64,000 nt of DNA, from NCBI GenBank assembly GCA_965112735.1, contig OZ218954.1, positions 4,030,001 through 4,094,000 on the forward strand, written 5' to 3'. The stretch is from Phaeosaccion multiseriatum (taxonomy: Eukaryota > Protista > Ochrophyta, other classes). Shown here piece after piece: positions 59,974 to 64,000 of this stretch. The position numbers were made by a program, and so were the translations under genes. The notes under the pieces were generated by a model, which was not told where the DNA came from, did no database searches, and saw only the letters and a program-made list of their open reading frames with translations. Each line of letters begins with the position of its first letter. Positions within the stretch are counted from its first letter, which is position 1.

Positions 59974-60836
59974 TTGACGTCACTGTAGCTCACACTTCTC
60001 AGGCTTCGCCCCGTGCCTAATGCACACGCCTCCGCTTCGGGCCCAGCTGAGACACCCTTCTGTTCTGCACTGCTTCTTCACTCGCGGGGGGGGGGGGAAG
60101 CAGTGCAGCACAGAAGGCTGTGTCAGCTGGGCCCGAAGAGGAGGCGTGCGTAGTTGACGTCACTGTAGCTCACACTTCTCAGGGAATGTGCCTGGCGTGC
60201 GTAGTTGACGTCACTGTAGCTCACACTTCTCAGGCTTCGCCCCGTGCCTAATGCACACGCCTCCGCTTCGGGCCCAGCTGAGACACCCTTCTGTTCTGCA
60301 CTGCTTCTTCACTCGCGGGGGGGGGGGGGAGCAGTGCAGCACAGAAGGCTGTGTCAGCTGGGCCCGAAGAGGAGGCGTGTGTAGTTGACGTCACTGTAGC
60401 TCACACTTCTCAGGGAATGTGCCTGGCGTGCGTAGTTGACGTCACTGTAGCTCACACTTCTCAGGCTTCGCCCCGTGCCTATTGCACACGCCTCCGCTTC
60501 GGGCCCAGCTGAGACAACCTTCTGTTCTGCACTGCTTCTTCACTCGCGGGGGGGGGGGGAGCAGTGCAGCACAGAAGGCTGTGTCAGCTGGGCCCGAAGA
60601 GGAGGCGTGTGTAGTTGACGTCACTGTAGCTCACACTTCTCAGGGAATGTGCCTGGCGTGCGTAGTTGACGTCACTGTAGCTCACACTTCTCAGGCTTCG
60701 CCCCGTGCCTAATGCACACGCCTCCGCTTCGGGCCCAGCTGAGACACCCTTCTGTTCTGCACTGCTTCTTCACTCGCGGGGGGGGGGGGAAGCAGTGCAG
60801 CACAGAAGGCTGTGTCAGCTGGGCCCGAAGCGGAGG
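59974..60836. repeat. Tandem array of ~231-bp units (~3.7 copies), each with a ~54-bp-arm hairpin made of inverted Zn-finger coding sequence
   Basis: Unit starts at 59974, 60205, 60436 and 60666. The minus strand reads KQCRTEGCLSWARSGGVCxRHG and the plus strand reads QCSTEGCVSWARRGGV. Confidence 0.9.
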
Positions 60837-62037
60837 GCGCCTTCAAGATGCTGCTGGTGCTGCTGCTGCTGAGTCTAGCCTTCGTTTTGGCGGGGGTGGC
60901 GGCCAATGGGCCTGCCGGGCGCGGTGGTGTTGGCGACGTGGAGGAGGTGCTGCTGCTGCTGCTGCTGCTGCTGATGCGTTGGGCGATGATGGTGTACTCG
61001 GTTGTGTTGCATGATCCCCCTCCACCGAAGCTGCGGGTGCTGCCAAAGCGGGCAAAGGCAGGGAGCCACTGGAGGCCGATCATGGCGGCGCAGGCTGTCT
61101 CGATGGCCTCAAGGCAGAGAGTTTGGTTCTCCTTGAGGTTGGTGGCGTCTTCGTCCGAGGAGGTGTCACCGTAGGCCGAGTGGAGCTCACCAGCGTGGAA
61201 GATAGTGATGTAGTGGAGGGTGAAGTAGTCGGCGAGGCCCAGGTCCTTGGCGAGGCGGAGGAGGTGCTGCATCGGTCCGCTCGTGCGGTACACTAAAAGG
61301 CGGCCTCCCAAGTACCTGGTGCTGCCAAACTTGCCGCCGAGTGTGATGCCTTCTCCATCTGACACTTGCGAGTCGATGAGGTTCAGCACCTCGCGGCGCA
61401 CTGTTTCAGTGTACTTCCCCTTCATCACCTCTTCCCTCAGCTCCCTGAGAACATCGCCCGATCCCCCTGCTTCACGCCCTGCGACAGATCGTCGCACAAC
61501 CAGAGTAGAGTGTTCACGGAGAGCATGGCCCGCAGAGTGGCGACGGCGTTGGCGTCATTGAGGGCCTGAACAAGCAAGCAAGACAGGAAGGTGTGTTACT
61601 TTTTGGTGGGAGGGGACAGTGTGCGTGTGTGTGTGTGTCATGCACGCATAGTGAGTCATAGAGAGTCACAAACCCACCTTTACTCGCTCCATGACGTCGT
61701 CCACGAGCGGGTGCCGTTCCTCGTCCGAGAGACAAGCCTGCAGTGGGCTCCGCGGGTCAGGGTGGGGGTCGGTCAGGGCCGGCCAGGACTTGAAAGGCTG
61801 CTGAATCCGAATCGTAGGCGGCACTGCCGCCCCGTCACTTGGCGGGGCTCTCTCCCCCTCTGACTTGCTATTGTATGCAGCCCAGGAGGTGCGGTGCATC
61901 GAAGGCCCGCCTCCTCCTCCCGAGGACGCCTTGTCGTCGCCGCTGTCGTCTTCCTTATGTGCAGCGGACAAGCCAGCAACTGCTGGCGGTCGTGGCGAGG
62001 AGGCGGCCTCGTTTGGTGTCTGGTGCGAGGCAATCAA
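60709..62037 (-). CDS. Hypothetical protein, possibly frameshifted, with a putative T5orf172/GIY-YIG-like domain running into the Zn-finger array
   Basis: 262-aa ORF with GKFGSTRYLGGRLLVYRTSGP...EAIE. An upstream exon ends ..MERVK|gtgggt, with an acceptor near 61566; the frame join is imperfect. Confidence 0.45.
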
Positions 62038-62132
62038 CGGCAGCTGCTATGTGAGTATGCCTCTCACAGCCGAAGCAAGCGAAAGAATAAGAAGCACACA
62101 CCAACCGCTTCTCCGCCCCAATTAACTCACCC

Positions 62133-64000
62133 GTCTTATTAGCTGGCTGGCTTGCTACTGTATCATGACCACCGTCTCGAAGCCAACTTCCTCTAAGTTC
62201 ACCGCCAACCGCACTCCCTCCCCAAATACAATGTCATCATCGTCTTCCCCCGTGTAGGGTAGCACAGTCGGCCCCTCCCAGTAGGAGGCCACTGCCGGCA
62301 TCTCGGGGCAGCTCTGTGCAGGCAGGCCGAGCTCCGAGCACTCCTCAGCGGCGTTGCTGTGAGCGGCACGGGAGGGAGAGATTGGTGGGACGGTGAGTTG
62401 TAAGACGTCCACAGCGACTCCAAAGGGACCAGGCAGAGGAGAAGGCCGTGCGGAGTGAAGGGAAGCAGGTCGGGGCAGTGAAGGTGAGCGAAGGGGAGAA
62501 CCAAACGCAAGAAGAGAATGAAGTAACCAATGAAGGTGAAATTCCCGCGAAGAGCAGGGCCAGTGGGCACGCCCAGAGAGAAAGAGGGAGAGCGCATTCA
62601 ACAAGAAAGCCTTTTGCGCGTGCTGAGCGGCATCAGGAGACGATCAGCCCCTCCCCAACCCCCCCGTGTTGTGTGACGGGGACACTGCACTGTGCTCACC
62701 ATGCATCCTCTTCCTCCGAGATGCAGCACGACGTGGCAGTCTCGGCACTTAAATATGAGGTGCGCTCCTGCAGAGGATCAGACAAAGAGGTTGAGCGGCG
62801 TGCGTGCGTGGCGGCAACAGACAGACACTTCACTCGTCATTCGTAAGCACCCCCCCATCAATGGAGAGAGGCAGGCAGTAAGCAAGCACTTGCGTACTCC
62901 AGGCCCGTGCCAGCGAACCGCTTGGCGAAGTATTCTCCTCACCAGCGCTTGGCAGGCCCGTGCGGTTTCGCAAGTCACTCGAGAGTGACCCTGGGCACTG
63001 ATGGAAGAGCAAGAAGCTTCGCCACTGCACATCGCACTCGCGCAGCACGAATCGGAGTCCTGTCTTCCCTCTCCTTGCAGAGACTCGCACAGGTTGATAC
63101 CCTGGGGAGCGGAGCACGAGACGCACGAAAAGCAACAGTCAGTTTCAGGAGGCAGAAGCCAGTACGGGGCGGAAGAGCGAGCACGAGCGAGAGAGCAGAG
63201 CCGCGTATCGGAATTTTGTAACACTCAGCAATGCTTCTTCGTCTCTCTCACCATGCAGCTGTTTGGTCCCCGGCACAAAGCGGTGGACTGATTCAGAAGA
63301 GCTGCGCGATAGCATGCGTAATCGCCCTCACAAGCCACACGTGAAGTCCCGCTGAAGGTGGGAAGGTCACAGCTGTCCTCCCCGCTGCAGACCACGTTAC
63401 AGTTCTCAAACGTCTTGAAGGAGGGCTCGGGGTCCCACACGCTACTGCAGGCATTGGAATCTGCCCCCTCTGCCGTGGGCAGGAAGGGGGCGGAGCAGAC
63501 AAAGCTCCTGTCCTCCGTGGGGTCGCAGGCGCACGTTTCGTACAGGCCACGAATGGTCGCGTCCTCCCGATACGCGTTAGCATCTCCGGTGAAGCGCACG
63601 CACGCCTCTTTGAAGCTGAGGCTGCTGCCTCCCCCGCTGAGAGGGGCAAGGCCGAGCGCTGACAGCCCCAGCTTCAAGCCAATCATGATTCACACGTAGT
63701 CTGCCCTGGAGCTTAGCGAGAGCGACGTGTGCGGGGGGAGTGGAAGAGACCTGATGGAGGGATGAAAGTGGGAGGGGGGAAGCAAATCAGCACCAACCTC
63801 GATTCCCCTGCGATTCGACAAGGATAGAGGGTCCTCGCGGTCGTGCTACAGAGATAAAAAATAGAAGTACGAGATAGAATGCCAAGATGAACGGGAGCGC
63901 GTATATTGCAGCGAGCTTCCCTGAACTCCCCCTCAGCAGGCGCAAAAACGCAGCGCCTGGCTGCCTGCAAAATAGACTTACCTTTGCCTGCTCCAAGGAT
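62133..64000. repeat. Recent direct segmental duplication of 52966-54834 (continues past the window end)
   Basis: Colinear and only sparsely substituted over ~1.87 kb, offset ~9.17 kb. Confidence 0.92.
62155..63686 (-). CDS. Secreted Cys-rich CxGxxSC-repeat protein, copy 3
   Basis: Near-identical to 52988-54520, including introns and splice sites. Confidence 0.78.

Noticed and set aside
59974-60700. Seven copies of a ~30-bp repeat (ttgacgtcactgtagctcacacttctcagg) with intervening sequence, resembling CRISPR
   Set aside because: The spacers are just two alternating near-identical sequences (~21 and ~150 bp), no cas genes are present, and the context is eukaryotic. It is a compound tandem repeat.

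Overview
Eukaryotic, GC-rich, intron-rich nuclear DNA, most likely from a photosynthetic stramenopile (ochrophyte). The evidence is a signal peptide plus 'AF' bipartite plastid-targeting leader on an EttA-type ABC-F protein, an Ectocarpus-style LRR N-cap, and (GGAG)n/(CCTC)n/(GT)n/(AC)n-filled introns. The window has three parts. (1) 1-7.4 kb is a tandem array of intronless ankyrin+BTB/POZ genes. One copy is split by a ~2-kb insert carrying an intronless LRR gene whose 147-bp units vary mainly at the ligand-binding face. A further ANK-BTB paralog lies at 33.7 kb. (2) 8-48 kb is a conserved core of spliced genes: sulfotransferase fused to a PAN/Apple domain, NEK kinase, SAR1, FRA10AC1, NOG1-like GTPase, another ankyrin gene, a small membrane protein and plastid EttA. 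It also holds three MITE-like inverted-repeat elements. (3) 48-64 kb is a rearranged region with a broken flavin amine oxidase and three copies of a secreted Cys-rich solenoid gene. It also has a tandem family of secreted signal+RxL+Ser/Pro-rich proteins whose Lys/Gly (KGGK) tails are built from phase-0 micro-exons of 9-33 nt, a captured EttA exon fragment, and a 231-bp array of hairpins made from inverted Zn-finger coding sequence. The best candidates for undescribed systems are the micro-exon silaffin-like family, the hypervariable ANK-BTB/LRR cluster and the Zn-finger hairpin array. All exon models and domain calls were made by eye; no searches were run.
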